This document shows positions 8,332-18,540 of a stretch of 64,000 nucleotides of DNA, one piece after another. Under the pieces are notes generated by a model, which was not told where the DNA came from, made no database searches, and saw only the letters and a list, made by a program, of their open reading frames with translations. The DNA comes from an uncultured Gammaproteobacteria bacterium. GTDB lineage: Bacteria; Patescibacteriota; Patescibacteriia; S139-126. Positions within the stretch are counted from its first letter, which is position 1; the number at the start of each line of letters is the position of its first letter. The position numbers were made by a program, and so were the translations under genes. The stretch lies in contig CAZBLW010000002.1 of the NCBI GenBank assembly GCA_964493305.1, positions 142,812 to 206,811 of the forward strand. The letters run 5' to 3'.

Positions 8332-8958
8332 ATGAAGATAAAAATGTCTTATCAAATTACACCAACAAATGACTCAATGATACGAGTTGTTTTGAGAAAA
8401 AAATTAGAGAAAAAACACGCTAAGGATAAACACGTTAGAATTATAGATGAATTAGGATTGCATCATGGTGATGCAAGGGTTGATATTGCCGTGGTGAATG
8501 GTGTTATGCATGGATATGAAATAAAAAGTGATCAAGACACTCTATTTAGGTTACCTGAACAAATTCAAGTATATAATTCTGTGTTTGATAAAATGACACT
8601 CGTAGTTGGTAAAAGTCATTTATACGAAGCAATAAAGATTGTTCCTGATTGGTGGGGCGTCGTAGTCGCGAAAACAGATACTAATGGAAATGTTATTTTT
8701 AACACTATCAGGAAAGAGGAAACCAATAAGGCGCAAAATCAGTTGTCTGTAGCAAGACTTCTTTGGAGAGAGGAAGCCCTTAGAATTCTCGAGGATATTG
8801 ACGAAGCAAAGGGATTACGTTCCAAGCCTAGAGATTTAATTTATACTAAATTATCTACTGTTTTAGATCAGAAAACTTTAAACAAAAAAGTTAGAGAGAC
8901 AATTTTCTTTAGGACAGATTGGCGATCTGAGTCGCCGCTACTGTCATATGGTGGTTAA
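8332..8958 (+). CDS. sce7726-like protein (PD-(D/E)XK nuclease fold)
   Basis: DELGLHHGDARVDIAVVNG..HGYEIKSDQDTL.RLPEQ...Y..VFD pattern. Confidence 0.75.
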   Translation: MKIKMSYQITPTNDSMIRVVLRKKLEKKHAKDKHVRIIDELGLHHGDARVDIAVVNGVMHGYEIKSDQDTLFRLPEQIQVYNSVFDKMTLVVGKSHLYEAIKIVPDWWGVVVAKTDTNGNVIFNTIRKEETNKAQNQLSVARLLWREEALRILEDIDEAKGLRSKPRDLIYTKLSTVLDQKTLNKKVRETIFFRTDWRSESPLLSYGG

Positions 8959-10006
8959 TGCCAGCCACTAACCATGTTTCCGTGCTTCCAGTGCCTTTAA
9001 TATCTACTCCTTTATTTTTTTCTTCCATATATTTAGGAAAATGTTTAGCTTTTTCGGCAATATGTTTATCGCCTGAGCTAAAATCTTCACCATAATATCG
9101 ATTGTCTTTTATTAATTCAGCGGCACTAGCTAAATATAATTCGAATTTTTGTCTTTTTCCTTTCATTATTAACCAATTTTCATCCAGTGTATATTTTATA
9201 CTTGAGGTGGGATGAAAGAATTGAGAGATTTCTTCATATATAGGATATTGAATAGTATAATCGGAAAAGGACGGCTTTCTTTGAACACTTGCATTAGAAT
9301 ATAGTTCCTTCCATTTTTTCCATTCAATACGAGGAATCAGGTTCTCTTCATCAATTTTGCATTGCGACAAGTCTTTTGGAAAAGCGCTACCAGAGAAAAT
9401 AAAAGTTCTCCATTTTAATAAATCAACAATATTTTGACTGAGTTCAAAATATTTTTTATATTTTTCCCCATCTCCCTCAAGCTCTTTTATATCCACCAAT
9501 AAGTCGATGCTGTTTTTATCTATCTTGTTTTTTGAAATAAAATCGGCAATGTCGCTATTTAATTTAGTTAAATCAGAAAAATCTGAACATACTAATCGTA
9601 AGCAAAGACCGCTTTTTATTTCATTGGCCAATGAGCAGACTGTGTCTTTTATCTCAGCATCATCATTTAAATGAACAACTGGAATAAAGATAGCCTGTTT
9701 TTTATTACCTGCCATTAAAATTGATTTTATGCTATCAATTTTTAGTTCGGTGGTGAACAATAAACTAAAATCAACAAAAATAGGACTCTTACCCCAAACT
9801 TCAATTATTCTATCCGGGATCAAGGGTAGTAGTTTTTTGAATTTTGTTACAACGCTCTCCAAAGTATCCTGGGGTTTTTGTTTCGGCATAACAAATTGGA
9901 TCAGTGGGGTAATATTTTTTTTATTTTCCTCAGCCAAACTCTCTAAAGCTCCTTGTTCGGCTCGTTTCCATTTCAATATTGGTATGTAGTGTTTCGAATT
10001 AAACAT
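8909..10006 (-). CDS. sce7725 / beta-family protein
   Basis: YIPILKWKRAEQGAL N-terminus, FSDYTI, FSSGD, W...GINHH C-terminus; adjacent to sce7726-like gene. Confidence 0.7.
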   Translation of the reverse strand: MFNSKHYIPILKWKRAEQGALESLAEENKKNITPLIQFVMPKQKPQDTLESVVTKFKKLLPLIPDRIIEVWGKSPIFVDFSLLFTTELKIDSIKSILMAGNKKQAIFIPVVHLNDDAEIKDTVCSLANEIKSGLCLRLVCSDFSDLTKLNSDIADFISKNKIDKNSIDLLVDIKELEGDGEKYKKYFELSQNIVDLLKWRTFIFSGSAFPKDLSQCKIDEENLIPRIEWKKWKELYSNASVQRKPSFSDYTIQYPIYEEISQFFHPTSSIKYTLDENWLIMKGKRQKFELYLASAAELIKDNRYYGEDFSSGDKHIAEKAKHFPKYMEEKNKGVDIKGTGSTETWLVAGINHHMTVAATQIANLS

Positions 10007-10007
10007 A

Positions 10008-11219
10008 TTATTTAGTCCATTTTTCATCAGGAAAGTAATTTCTTACTTTAGCCTCGTTGATAATTTTATTAAGATAAACGTATTTGTTGCCTTTGTGTCT
10101 AATTTGACCAGCAATAATGGCAACATGCACCCCCAGTTCTTTAGCGAGGCTATTTGCCGCCATTGAAGACGGAATTAGTCTTGCTGGACTGATTTCCCAT
10201 TTAGCTTTAGGCAACAACGATTCTTCGGCCAAGAAATCTGCCTCTTTTTCTTTTTCATCCAAATCAACTGGAGTTGTTTCTAATTCGTCATAGAACAAAC
10301 TAACATCTTGATTGTAGTGCAATGAAATATGAGCCAATTCGTGCATTAATGTAAACCAGAAATTATCTAGGCGGTCATATCTTAAAGTTAATCCAATAAT
10401 AGGATTTTCTTTGTTGACTAGAATCGCGGCTCCGTCTAAATACGTTTTAGAAAAATGAGGTTCGACCACCAAAATAATACCGATATCCTTAAGGTGTTTT
10501 TGCGCTAAAATAACCCCACCTTCTTTAGAACTTAATTTTACAAATTCTTGCATAAAATTAAGATCGACGGTGCCATCTTTGTATTTTTTTGTAGCTTTTA
10601 TTTTTTTAGCTTTTTGAATTACGCGATTTGACCAAGCGATTAACGCTCTTTTATCTGTAAGAGGAGACGATCTATAGTTTGATTTACGTAGCATTACTGC
10701 CATTTGTGGCTGAGCGCCAATTGAAGAAAAGAAATCTTTAAGCAAATCTAGTTTGCTAGATTTTTTAAGTGATTTATCACCAAAGTAGCCACGAGATTCC
10801 ATTTCTGTGACCAAACGATTATCCCAACCTTGATATTCGGAATTACTTTCTATCTCAGGTTTTCTTATTAAGACTTTTGCTGGAATTCCAAGCCCAACTT
10901 CTAAAGCCCTTACCATTTCTAGGGTGAGTGGACGTTTGCCTGAAAGTATTTCGGAGACTCTTCCTCTGCTTCCAATATATGGTATTAAGTCGGCAGGTTT
11001 AAGATCAGCTTGCTCCATTCTAAATTTAATTGCATCAATAGGATTAGGAAACGTTTCTGGCAAAGTGCGGGATTCATAGTCTTGAACGAGAGCGCTAAGC
11101 AAAGAAAGTTGTTCGCCTTCATCAGAATTAGGATCGGGGTCATGGCTTAATAGCACTTTGATTAAATCAAGCGCTTCTTTGTAGTCTGATTCAGTTTTTA
11201 TAAATTTAATTTTGCTCAT
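10008..11219 (-). CDS. higA: HigA antitoxin with HTH and ImmA/IrrE metallopeptidase domain
   Basis: PIDAIKFRMEQ...SRGRVSEILSGKRPLT HTH; RLDNFWFTLMHELAH HEXXH. Confidence 0.85.
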   Translation of the reverse strand: MSKIKFIKTESDYKEALDLIKVLLSHDPDPNSDEGEQLSLLSALVQDYESRTLPETFPNPIDAIKFRMEQADLKPADLIPYIGSRGRVSEILSGKRPLTLEMVRALEVGLGIPAKVLIRKPEIESNSEYQGWDNRLVTEMESRGYFGDKSLKKSSKLDLLKDFFSSIGAQPQMAVMLRKSNYRSSPLTDKRALIAWSNRVIQKAKKIKATKKYKDGTVDLNFMQEFVKLSSKEGGVILAQKHLKDIGIILVVEPHFSKTYLDGAAILVNKENPIIGLTLRYDRLDNFWFTLMHELAHISLHYNQDVSLFYDELETTPVDLDEKEKEADFLAEESLLPKAKWEISPARLIPSSMAANSLAKELGVHVAIIAGQIRHKGNKYVYLNKIINEAKVRNYFPDEKWTK

Positions 11220-11224
11220 ATTTT

Positions 11225-11512
11225 TTAATTTAAATTCCATTTATCATATTCTTTATGAGTACCAATTTTTTCAACTAAAATTATCTTATTTTTATAATTG
11301 ACCGTGGTCAGCAACCTATACTTATTCCAACAAAAATTAAATACAACTTGCAGACCACCGACGAAGCTTGCCTTAGGATACCTCGACTTTAATTGGTGGG
11401 GAGTATCCCATTGAGCTTCCTCAACTTCCGCTTCCCATGACTCAATACTAGGCTTAGCATCGGCGTGTCTAGCTTTAAAATCGTGCAGTGTTGTTTTTCC
11501 TAGTAACTTCAT
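11225..11512 (-). CDS. higB: HigB mRNA interferase toxin
   Basis: WDTPHQLK..YPKAS, VVFN...NKYRL, IGTHKEYDK; toxin lies upstream of antitoxin. Confidence 0.88.
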   Translation of the reverse strand: MKLLGKTTLHDFKARHADAKPSIESWEAEVEEAQWDTPHQLKSRYPKASFVGGLQVVFNFCWNKYRLLTTVNYKNKIILVEKIGTHKEYDKWNLN

Positions 11513-11540
11513 GTTTATTAATAATTACATTATGATATGC

Positions 11541-11582
11541 TCCCATATTGGGAATGATATACCATGTAATTAAATAAGTCAA
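11541..11582 (-). promoter_or_regulatory. sigma70 promoter and palindromic operator of higBA
   Basis: TTGACT-17bp-TATCAT on the minus strand; TCCCA-TAT-TGGGA palindrome over the predicted start site. Confidence 0.65.
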
Positions 11583-11596
11583 TAGGTTGCCCCAAA

Positions 11597-11633
11597 AATA
11601 CAAAATAACGCCGATACTGGCGTTATTTTGTAT
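11597..11633 (-). terminator. Terminator after the hsd operon
   Basis: ATACAAAATAACGCC/GGCGTTATTTTGTAT long inverted repeat. Confidence 0.65.
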
Positions 11634-11654
11634 AAAATTAACTGAATTTTTAGA

Positions 11655-12224
11655 TTATATAAACTTTATTCCGCTCCTCTTTAACTCATTTCTTATCTCA
11701 AGATAATCAGGCATCATCTTGGCGACCAAATTCCAAAACTTTTGTGAATGATTAAACTCTTTCAAGTGACAAAGCTCATGGACGATAATGTAATCGGCCA
11801 ACCTTTCGGGAAGCAGAGCAATTTTATAGTTAAAATTCAAATTACCTTTTCTTGAACAGCTACCCCAGCGAGTCTTCTGATTTTTAATATTAATCTTGTT
11901 GAATTTAAAGCCGTAAGTTTTGTTGAAATATTCAATTCGTTTTTCAGCCAAAGCCAACGCCTGATCTTTATATTCCGCGTAATCTTTTTTTGTACCTTTC
12001 GCAAACACCTGTCCAGAAATACTTTTAAAATAATCCAACTTATCAAGTATCCACTGCGATTTTCTAATTATGAATTGCTCAATGATATTCTCATTCATAT
12101 TCCGCGGAGCAGTTACCACAAAATTACCATCGCAATAGATAGCCAATCTCATTCGTCGAGCTCGCTTGCTCACCTTAAGGGTGTATTCTACTTTCTTTTT
12201 ATGTAGCTCGATTTTCTTCTTCAT
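11655..12224 (-). CDS. M48/YgjP-like (SprT-like) metallopeptidase associated with type I R-M
   Basis: KTRWGSCS, YIIVHELCHL...HSQKFW; directly downstream of hsdR. Confidence 0.85.
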   Translation of the reverse strand: MKKKIELHKKKVEYTLKVSKRARRMRLAIYCDGNFVVTAPRNMNENIIEQFIIRKSQWILDKLDYFKSISGQVFAKGTKKDYAEYKDQALALAEKRIEYFNKTYGFKFNKINIKNQKTRWGSCSRKGNLNFNYKIALLPERLADYIIVHELCHLKEFNHSQKFWNLVAKMMPDYLEIRNELKRSGIKFI

Positions 12225-12226
12225 AA

Positions 12227-15139
12227 TTAAAATCGCTTAATCACTACATCCACTAATCTATTAAGATATTTGTGGAAATCAGAAACTTTTATTTTATCTT
12301 TGTAGTCTTTGAGAATTAATTCTTGCAGAGTTCGTTTTGCTTCTTTCAAAAATTCTTCTCTCTTAGATGAATCTTGCCAGTTTTCATCGAGAACATCTTC
12401 AAGTCGTGCGGCCATTTCTTTTACAAATTCCTTAACAATATCCTTATCAGATTCGCTGATAAATTCATCAGAGATTACAAATAGGCCGTATTCGCGGAGA
12501 GTGTAGCCCAATTCTTTAGCTTCTTCGGTCTTTGTCTTTATATCGTTTAGAAGTTCATAGTAGCGCTTTATTCTTTCTGCCAAATCAATCTGGTGCTTTT
12601 CAAATTCAACACGGATCGCGATAAGTCGCTCACTAAATTTCTTAAATGCCGGATGAGTATCAATGTTAATTGAAATCTCACGCTTTAACATCTTTTCAAG
12701 ATTAAGAGCCTTCTCTTCTTCGGGAAGTTTATCAAGCTTATTCAAAGTAGCTAAGTCGTGGATATTTAGTTCTCGGAAGTTTTTAGTGATACCTTCGTAG
12801 TCAATCTTCTGTTGAATTAAGCTCTTTATTTTCTCTCCGTATTCAGCAAGAGAAAAGGCGTCTACATCATCAATTTGGAATTCTTTGACGAACGCTAAAT
12901 AAAAACTGGTGATCCATTCAAACTTGCGTAGATATTCCATCAAGAATGGATCGGGTGAAAGAATCTCAAAAAGCATTTTTAGTCTGCCATATTTGTCTTT
13001 GAAGTATTGCTGTTTGCTTTGATTTTCAATAAATATCTTCAAGCATCGGCGTAAATTATCGATTGACGGATCTTCAATATTAACCCCGACGAACAATTCC
13101 ATTATTTCGCCAATAACTTTGGAGAATTCTTCTTTAAGGCGGTTGATATCCACCATCGCACTATCAACCACACTCTCATCAAAATTAAGAGCGTCGTAAA
13201 GATTTTTAGTCACGCCGTAGTAATCAATAATCTTGCCGCATCCTTTGTTTGGAAATACTCGATTTGTACGGGCGATCGCTTGAAGTAGGTTGTGATCACG
13301 AAGCGGTTTGTCCAAATACATCACTTGTTCAACTGGAGCATCAAAACCAGTTAAAAGCATGTCGCAGACAAGTAAGAATTTAAGTGGATGATTTGGATCT
13401 TTGAATTGATCAATAATTTTCTCTCGCTTCTGTTTATTAGTATTATATTTTTTCAAATCGTCGCTTTCGCTGTTCGGATCGCCTGGGGAGTAGACAACCT
13501 CTAACCATTCAGCAGGGACAAGCTTATCAAAAAGTTGTTTGTATTTAGCTGTGGCTTCGCGGTCATAACAAACCACTTGAGCCTTGAATCCGTTTGGCAA
13601 AACATAAAGCTTGTAATGCTCAATAATATCTTGAGCAACCGCCTCCATTCTTTTATCTAACTTAACAAGAGCTTCTTTTTTGCCGTATTTTTTAGTGAGT
13701 AATTCTTTTTGCTTGTCATTCAAGTCAACAGTTAATTCGTTGAATTGCTTGTCTACTTTTTCCTCATCAATAAAAAATTTGGAGAGACGAGCTTCGTATG
13801 TAACCGGCAAAGTAGCACCATCATCAATAGCCTGCTGAATAGAATAGTAATCAAGATATCGTTCGCCCTCTTCGCCAAAGTTTCTGTGAGTATTGAGGGT
13901 TAGCTTATCAATCGGCGTTCCTGTAAACCCAAAGAAGAATGCATCTTTAAAAGCATTACGCATCTTAATGGCCGAAATGCCTTCGTTATCTCGGTGGGCT
14001 TCATCAGAAAGCACAATAACATTGCCATCAATATTTTCTATATCTTCCAATTCGCTAAATTTCTGAATGGTTGAAATAAAGATACCTCGGTCGGCTCCTT
14101 TGATTTTCTTTTCAAGGTCTTTGCGTGATTCTATTCTGACGAGATTTTGTCCGCCCCAGCTTTCAAATTCTTCGTACACCTGATCATCAAGATCAATACG
14201 GTCAATCAAAATAAACACCTTAGGATTTTTTAGTTCTGGATTATAGCGAAGTTTCCAAGCAGTGAAAAACATTGTTAAGGTTTTACCAGATCCCTGAGTG
14301 TGCCAAATCAAACCTTTCTTTCTCTCGCCATCCTGAACACGAGCCACTATTTTATTGGCCGCGTAAAATTGCTGGTATCTAGTGATTTTCTTTGTGACTC
14401 CATCTTTCTTTTTCTCAAAAACTATAAAGTTTTTAATAAGATCAAGAATCTGCTTTTGATCCAGCAAAAAGAAAAGCGTGGAATCAAGTTCTTCTTCAAA
14501 TTTCTTCTCTTTTACCTGAGGGTCTTCACGCCACGCAAGGAAGTACTGTTTTGGGGAATAAGTCGTTCCATAAACGGTTTTAAGGCCATCGGTGGCGATA
14601 TTTAGACAGTTGGGTAGGAATAACTTAGGTGCTACTTTCTCATATCGCTTTAGCTGGTCAATAGCGTTCTCGAAACTGACACTGCTTGAAGCGGTGGGGC
14701 TTTTGGCCTCTATGTCACAAACCGGCAGACCATTAAGGAAAATCATCACATCAGGTCGAATGTTTTCAGTTACCCCTTCAAAATAGAATTGATTGGTAAC
14801 AACAAAGTGATTATTTTCAGGATTATCAAAATCAACAATCTTATAGTCACGGAAGTTGCCAGTGTTTGGATCTTTCAAATTGATACCATTTCGCGTCGCG
14901 AGCAAGAAAGCTTCATTTGTATCAAGCTTCTTAACTTCGCGCACCACACTTTGTGCAACAGTATCATCAACATCGTTTATTTTCTTAACTGCTTCTAAGA
15001 GATGGGTGGTGATAATAAACTCGGTTTCAAAAGCGCGAAGTTTGGAAAATTCTTCGGCCGGAATGTATTCATAGCCGAGCTTTTCTCGTATGAATTTTAT
15101 TATGTGATATTCAATTGTGTATTGTTCGTTAAATTTCAT
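12227..15139 (-). CDS. hsdR: Type I restriction endonuclease subunit R
   Basis: RPD...IEAK nuclease motif, HTQGSGKT, DEAHR, GFTGTP, MLLTGFD, QAIARTNR. Confidence 0.95.
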   Translation of the reverse strand: MKFNEQYTIEYHIIKFIREKLGYEYIPAEEFSKLRAFETEFIITTHLLEAVKKINDVDDTVAQSVVREVKKLDTNEAFLLATRNGINLKDPNTGNFRDYKIVDFDNPENNHFVVTNQFYFEGVTENIRPDVMIFLNGLPVCDIEAKSPTASSSVSFENAIDQLKRYEKVAPKLFLPNCLNIATDGLKTVYGTTYSPKQYFLAWREDPQVKEKKFEEELDSTLFFLLDQKQILDLIKNFIVFEKKKDGVTKKITRYQQFYAANKIVARVQDGERKKGLIWHTQGSGKTLTMFFTAWKLRYNPELKNPKVFILIDRIDLDDQVYEEFESWGGQNLVRIESRKDLEKKIKGADRGIFISTIQKFSELEDIENIDGNVIVLSDEAHRDNEGISAIKMRNAFKDAFFFGFTGTPIDKLTLNTHRNFGEEGERYLDYYSIQQAIDDGATLPVTYEARLSKFFIDEEKVDKQFNELTVDLNDKQKELLTKKYGKKEALVKLDKRMEAVAQDIIEHYKLYVLPNGFKAQVVCYDREATAKYKQLFDKLVPAEWLEVVYSPGDPNSESDDLKKYNTNKQKREKIIDQFKDPNHPLKFLLVCDMLLTGFDAPVEQVMYLDKPLRDHNLLQAIARTNRVFPNKGCGKIIDYYGVTKNLYDALNFDESVVDSAMVDINRLKEEFSKVIGEIMELFVGVNIEDPSIDNLRRCLKIFIENQSKQQYFKDKYGRLKMLFEILSPDPFLMEYLRKFEWITSFYLAFVKEFQIDDVDAFSLAEYGEKIKSLIQQKIDYEGITKNFRELNIHDLATLNKLDKLPEEEKALNLEKMLKREISINIDTHPAFKKFSERLIAIRVEFEKHQIDLAERIKRYYELLNDIKTKTEEAKELGYTLREYGLFVISDEFISESDKDIVKEFVKEMAARLEDVLDENWQDSSKREEFLKEAKRTLQELILKDYKDKIKVSDFHKYLNRLVDVVIKRF

Positions 15140-17322
15140 ATATTACTAATTCCTTCTAATTTCTTATAATGAAGCGGATCCAAGATTTTTACCAACTGAA
15201 ATGCTTCTTGAATTCGTTGATGGGCATTCGTTAATATTGAGTCATCAATTGATTCGGGATCGATGAATCCATGGGACCCATGATTGATAAAACGATACAT
15301 TTCCAGAGGATTAGCGCTAAAGGGGTTAGTCTCTTTTTCAGTAGTTTTAGTGGCTGACGAATATGCGCTTTCAAGAGTAGACCGCAAATCTCCAGTCGTA
15401 GAAAATTTGAATTCCAGAAAAGTTTCTAACCAGCGACGTAATAAATTAACAACCAAATGAGCATCTTCTAGATCACATGTATCCTTGTGTTTTGCCAAGA
15501 CGCTAAAAACATAATAATAATCTGACCTATGATCTCTGAGTAAGGGGTGTATGGCTTCAATAATGCATCCATTGCTTGTAGCCGCGAAACTAAACAATCT
15601 AACATCGCCACTTCCTATTTTTGATCTGAAATGCTCTCTTAGGTGGCCTAAAAAGTCTAAGTTGTGTGTTAATACAAAATATTGTCGCCCAGCATGATTT
15701 TTTATTTCATTTACAATAATTGAAAAAATTTGAAATATAGCTTGCTTATCTAAACTTGATACAGGATCATCAATCACAACAACACCGTCATCGGGAAGTT
15801 TATTTTGAGCATCGTTAATCGAATAAATGAAATAAGCCAGTGCAATAAAATTCTTCTCTCCTTCACTTAAACTAGAAAACGCACAGTTTGTTTCATCTCT
15901 TTTTAAGGCATATCCCTTACCATCATCAGCATCGGTAATTTCTATTTTTCTATAGGGGAATACGACTTTAAAGAGACGATTTAATGCTTGAGCTGGTTCA
16001 AGTGTATTTTTTACTTTTTGCTTTAATTCTTTAACTTGTGTATCTAATTTAGAAATCTCAAGAGTTATGGCTGACCTTTGATCTGTGGCTTTTGCAAAAA
16101 GCTCCTTTGCTCTGGCATATTCTTCGTATTGCTGTGCAACGAAATGTGTCTCAATAGCATAAGCAACAGAGGTAGCATCAGTTGAAGTTGGGTTTGTCAT
16201 TGGGGTTAATTTTGTTATATCGAGAGTATATGCAGTTTTTATCACGGAGATGGAAGTTCTCTTCTCTTTCAGGATCACTGCTAAGGCATCAAATATAGCT
16301 CTAACAAAATCAACATTTTGCTGTTGAGATTTGGATAATGAATCTAATTTAGCAAAACTGGTGGTATATCCTTCAATAATCTTTAAATATTCATCAATTG
16401 AGTTTATTGTCTTAACGACTTCGTCTGAAAAATGCTTGATTAGCTCTTCTGTGTTTGAAATATCAGAATTACAAAATAAACATTTCGCGAGTGGTTTTTC
16501 TTGATTAAAATGCAAACTGACACCCTGTTTAATCCAGCCAGTTTGGGTTTCATTTAGATCATCTATTCTTTTTGAGTGGACTTGTACTGGTTGTGATCCT
16601 AACCCATTATTTATATTTTCAATATTATCGATAAGCCATTTAGCGGCATTAGCTATTTCATTGTCATTTTTCGCCAACCTTTCAGTATTCATTAACTGAC
16701 CTTTTAATGAATCAACGTCTGCGCGTATTAATTCGGCGTGACTTTTAATTTTTCCATCAGCTATCTTTTTCTCTATATCTGCGATCCGCTTCTCAAAATC
16801 AGTTTTTGAATAACTGGCATAAGTACCAGCACCCACGAGTTGTTTCTTTATACTGTTTATTCCACCGACTTCTTTAATTACAACTGCGGTAGCGCTAGCA
16901 ATGTCATCGTGTTTTGTTGGTAGAATTATTTTATTTAATTCATCCTTTTTATCTTTTAATTTTTGTTCTTCAGCGTCGTAGCTCACCGCTTCTTTGCCAG
17001 CAAAAAAGATATAAGGAATTGTTGAACTTCCACGCAACGTTTCTTCAATATAGTTGCCATTAAAAATTCTTATATTGTTTTTTGTTAAATTTAAATCACA
17101 GGTATCGGTAATTTGCGAGGATTCAGTTTTAATCTTAAAGGTACAGCTATTTTCAATAATTCCATTTTCAAGACTACGCAACACATTTGAAAAAGTAGTT
17201 TTACCTGATCCGTTCCATCCAAAAAGTAAATTAACCCCATCAGCAAAATCAACCAAGGTTGGACCCCAGGAATAATTATGAAATCTTGCATGATTAAGTT
17301 TTTCGACTTTTTGAATCTTCAT
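15136..17322 (-). CDS. RloC-like ABC/SMC ATPase with C-terminal HEPN (putative anticodon nuclease)
   Basis: GWNGSGKT, zinc-hook CLFC in coiled coil, LSEGE signature, DDPVSSLD, LTHN, LRRWLE, RFINHGSH (RX6H). Confidence 0.8.
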   Translation of the reverse strand: MKIQKVEKLNHARFHNYSWGPTLVDFADGVNLLFGWNGSGKTTFSNVLRSLENGIIENSCTFKIKTESSQITDTCDLNLTKNNIRIFNGNYIEETLRGSSTIPYIFFAGKEAVSYDAEEQKLKDKKDELNKIILPTKHDDIASATAVVIKEVGGINSIKKQLVGAGTYASYSKTDFEKRIADIEKKIADGKIKSHAELIRADVDSLKGQLMNTERLAKNDNEIANAAKWLIDNIENINNGLGSQPVQVHSKRIDDLNETQTGWIKQGVSLHFNQEKPLAKCLFCNSDISNTEELIKHFSDEVVKTINSIDEYLKIIEGYTTSFAKLDSLSKSQQQNVDFVRAIFDALAVILKEKRTSISVIKTAYTLDITKLTPMTNPTSTDATSVAYAIETHFVAQQYEEYARAKELFAKATDQRSAITLEISKLDTQVKELKQKVKNTLEPAQALNRLFKVVFPYRKIEITDADDGKGYALKRDETNCAFSSLSEGEKNFIALAYFIYSINDAQNKLPDDGVVVIDDPVSSLDKQAIFQIFSIIVNEIKNHAGRQYFVLTHNLDFLGHLREHFRSKIGSGDVRLFSFAATSNGCIIEAIHPLLRDHRSDYYYVFSVLAKHKDTCDLEDAHLVVNLLRRWLETFLEFKFSTTGDLRSTLESAYSSATKTTEKETNPFSANPLEMYRFINHGSHGFIDPESIDDSILTNAHQRIQEAFQLVKILDPLHYKKLEGISNI

Positions 17323-17330
17323 ATGCTTTT

Positions 17331-18539
17331 CTATTTGTTTGGTTTTACCCTAACCTTACCGCTCAACAAATCCTGCATCAGACCTTTTTTTAGCTTTATT
17401 AATGTCTCTTTGTACTTGGTATTAACTGAAATTTTTTCATCTGTTGAAGAAAGAATATCAGCAATCTTTTTTTGTTCGTTTTTCGGTGGCACTTTGATCA
17501 AAAGTGGATTTAATTTTTCTAGATTTATATTTTTCTGAGCAGATTGGGTGGAAATACTATTCAAGTATTCCTTTTGTGTTCGGAGATAATATTCTAGATA
17601 TATGGGATCAATTATTTCTGAGGGAGTAATACCTATCAAGCTATCTGGAAAGCATGAATCAAATTGTAATATTCCAGTGTCACCAATATTTGCCGCGATA
17701 GTAATAACTATTGTACCTTTCTTAAATAATCTGCTAACAGATAACCCTTTTTCATTTAGAGTTTGAGTATATGAAGAAATTTTGCCATTTGAATTAACAA
17801 CATCTCCTGTTTGAATAAAAGGAATATTGCCCCCATAAAATTCAGGAGCATTACGTGGTCGATGAGAAAACTTTCCACGCTCTACAGTCGCAATTTCAGA
17901 TAATTTTAAAATGTTCCATTCCTCGGGAATGGTGCCAATTGCTGTCTTTTTAAAATTTTTATGCCCAATACCCCTTATAAGGAGATCCTGCATCAATCCA
18001 TTTTTTAACTCTGTTGTTTGTTCTATGATGGAGTCTATTTTTTTAACCTCATCATCAACAGATGTTAATATCTCTACAATTCTCTTTTGCTCAGTCAAAG
18101 ACGGTTCCAAAACCTCGTACATTTTTCGTATCACACTTGGGTGTGCTTTTGTTTGATAGTCGAACTTAAAAAAAGAGTGCTCCCAGTCCAAAAGAAAAAA
18201 TAAGTACTTGTATATCAATCTGTCTTTTTTAAGAATACGTAATATTCCACTAACATTGGTCACTGAAAACTTATGTTTTGGTCGGTAAAAAAAATTACCA
18301 CCTCCATCAACTGACCACGTTATTAACTCTTCATCAAACATGAAAGGGTTGTATCTTCCAAACAAGGCTTCCTTATGAACTGAAGAAGAATATATGGGAT
18401 TATCACCTGGATTATTCCGAATATCATTTTTTGAAATTACATTTCCACGCGTTAATTCAATAACACCCGATGCAATATAATCATCGAGAAGCGAATGCCT
18501 CCAGTCATTGGGTATTGTTTTTTGATCTATTGCTCGCAT
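17331..18539 (-). CDS. hsdS: Type I R-M specificity subunit S
   Basis: Two TRDs with conserved EQKRIVEIL / PPKNEQKKIADIL and LKxGLMQDLL repeats. Confidence 0.93.
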   Translation of the reverse strand: MRAIDQKTIPNDWRHSLLDDYIASGVIELTRGNVISKNDIRNNPGDNPIYSSSVHKEALFGRYNPFMFDEELITWSVDGGGNFFYRPKHKFSVTNVSGILRILKKDRLIYKYLFFLLDWEHSFFKFDYQTKAHPSVIRKMYEVLEPSLTEQKRIVEILTSVDDEVKKIDSIIEQTTELKNGLMQDLLIRGIGHKNFKKTAIGTIPEEWNILKLSEIATVERGKFSHRPRNAPEFYGGNIPFIQTGDVVNSNGKISSYTQTLNEKGLSVSRLFKKGTIVITIAANIGDTGILQFDSCFPDSLIGITPSEIIDPIYLEYYLRTQKEYLNSISTQSAQKNINLEKLNPLLIKVPPKNEQKKIADILSSTDEKISVNTKYKETLIKLKKGLMQDLLSGKVRVKPNK

Positions 18540-18540
18540 G

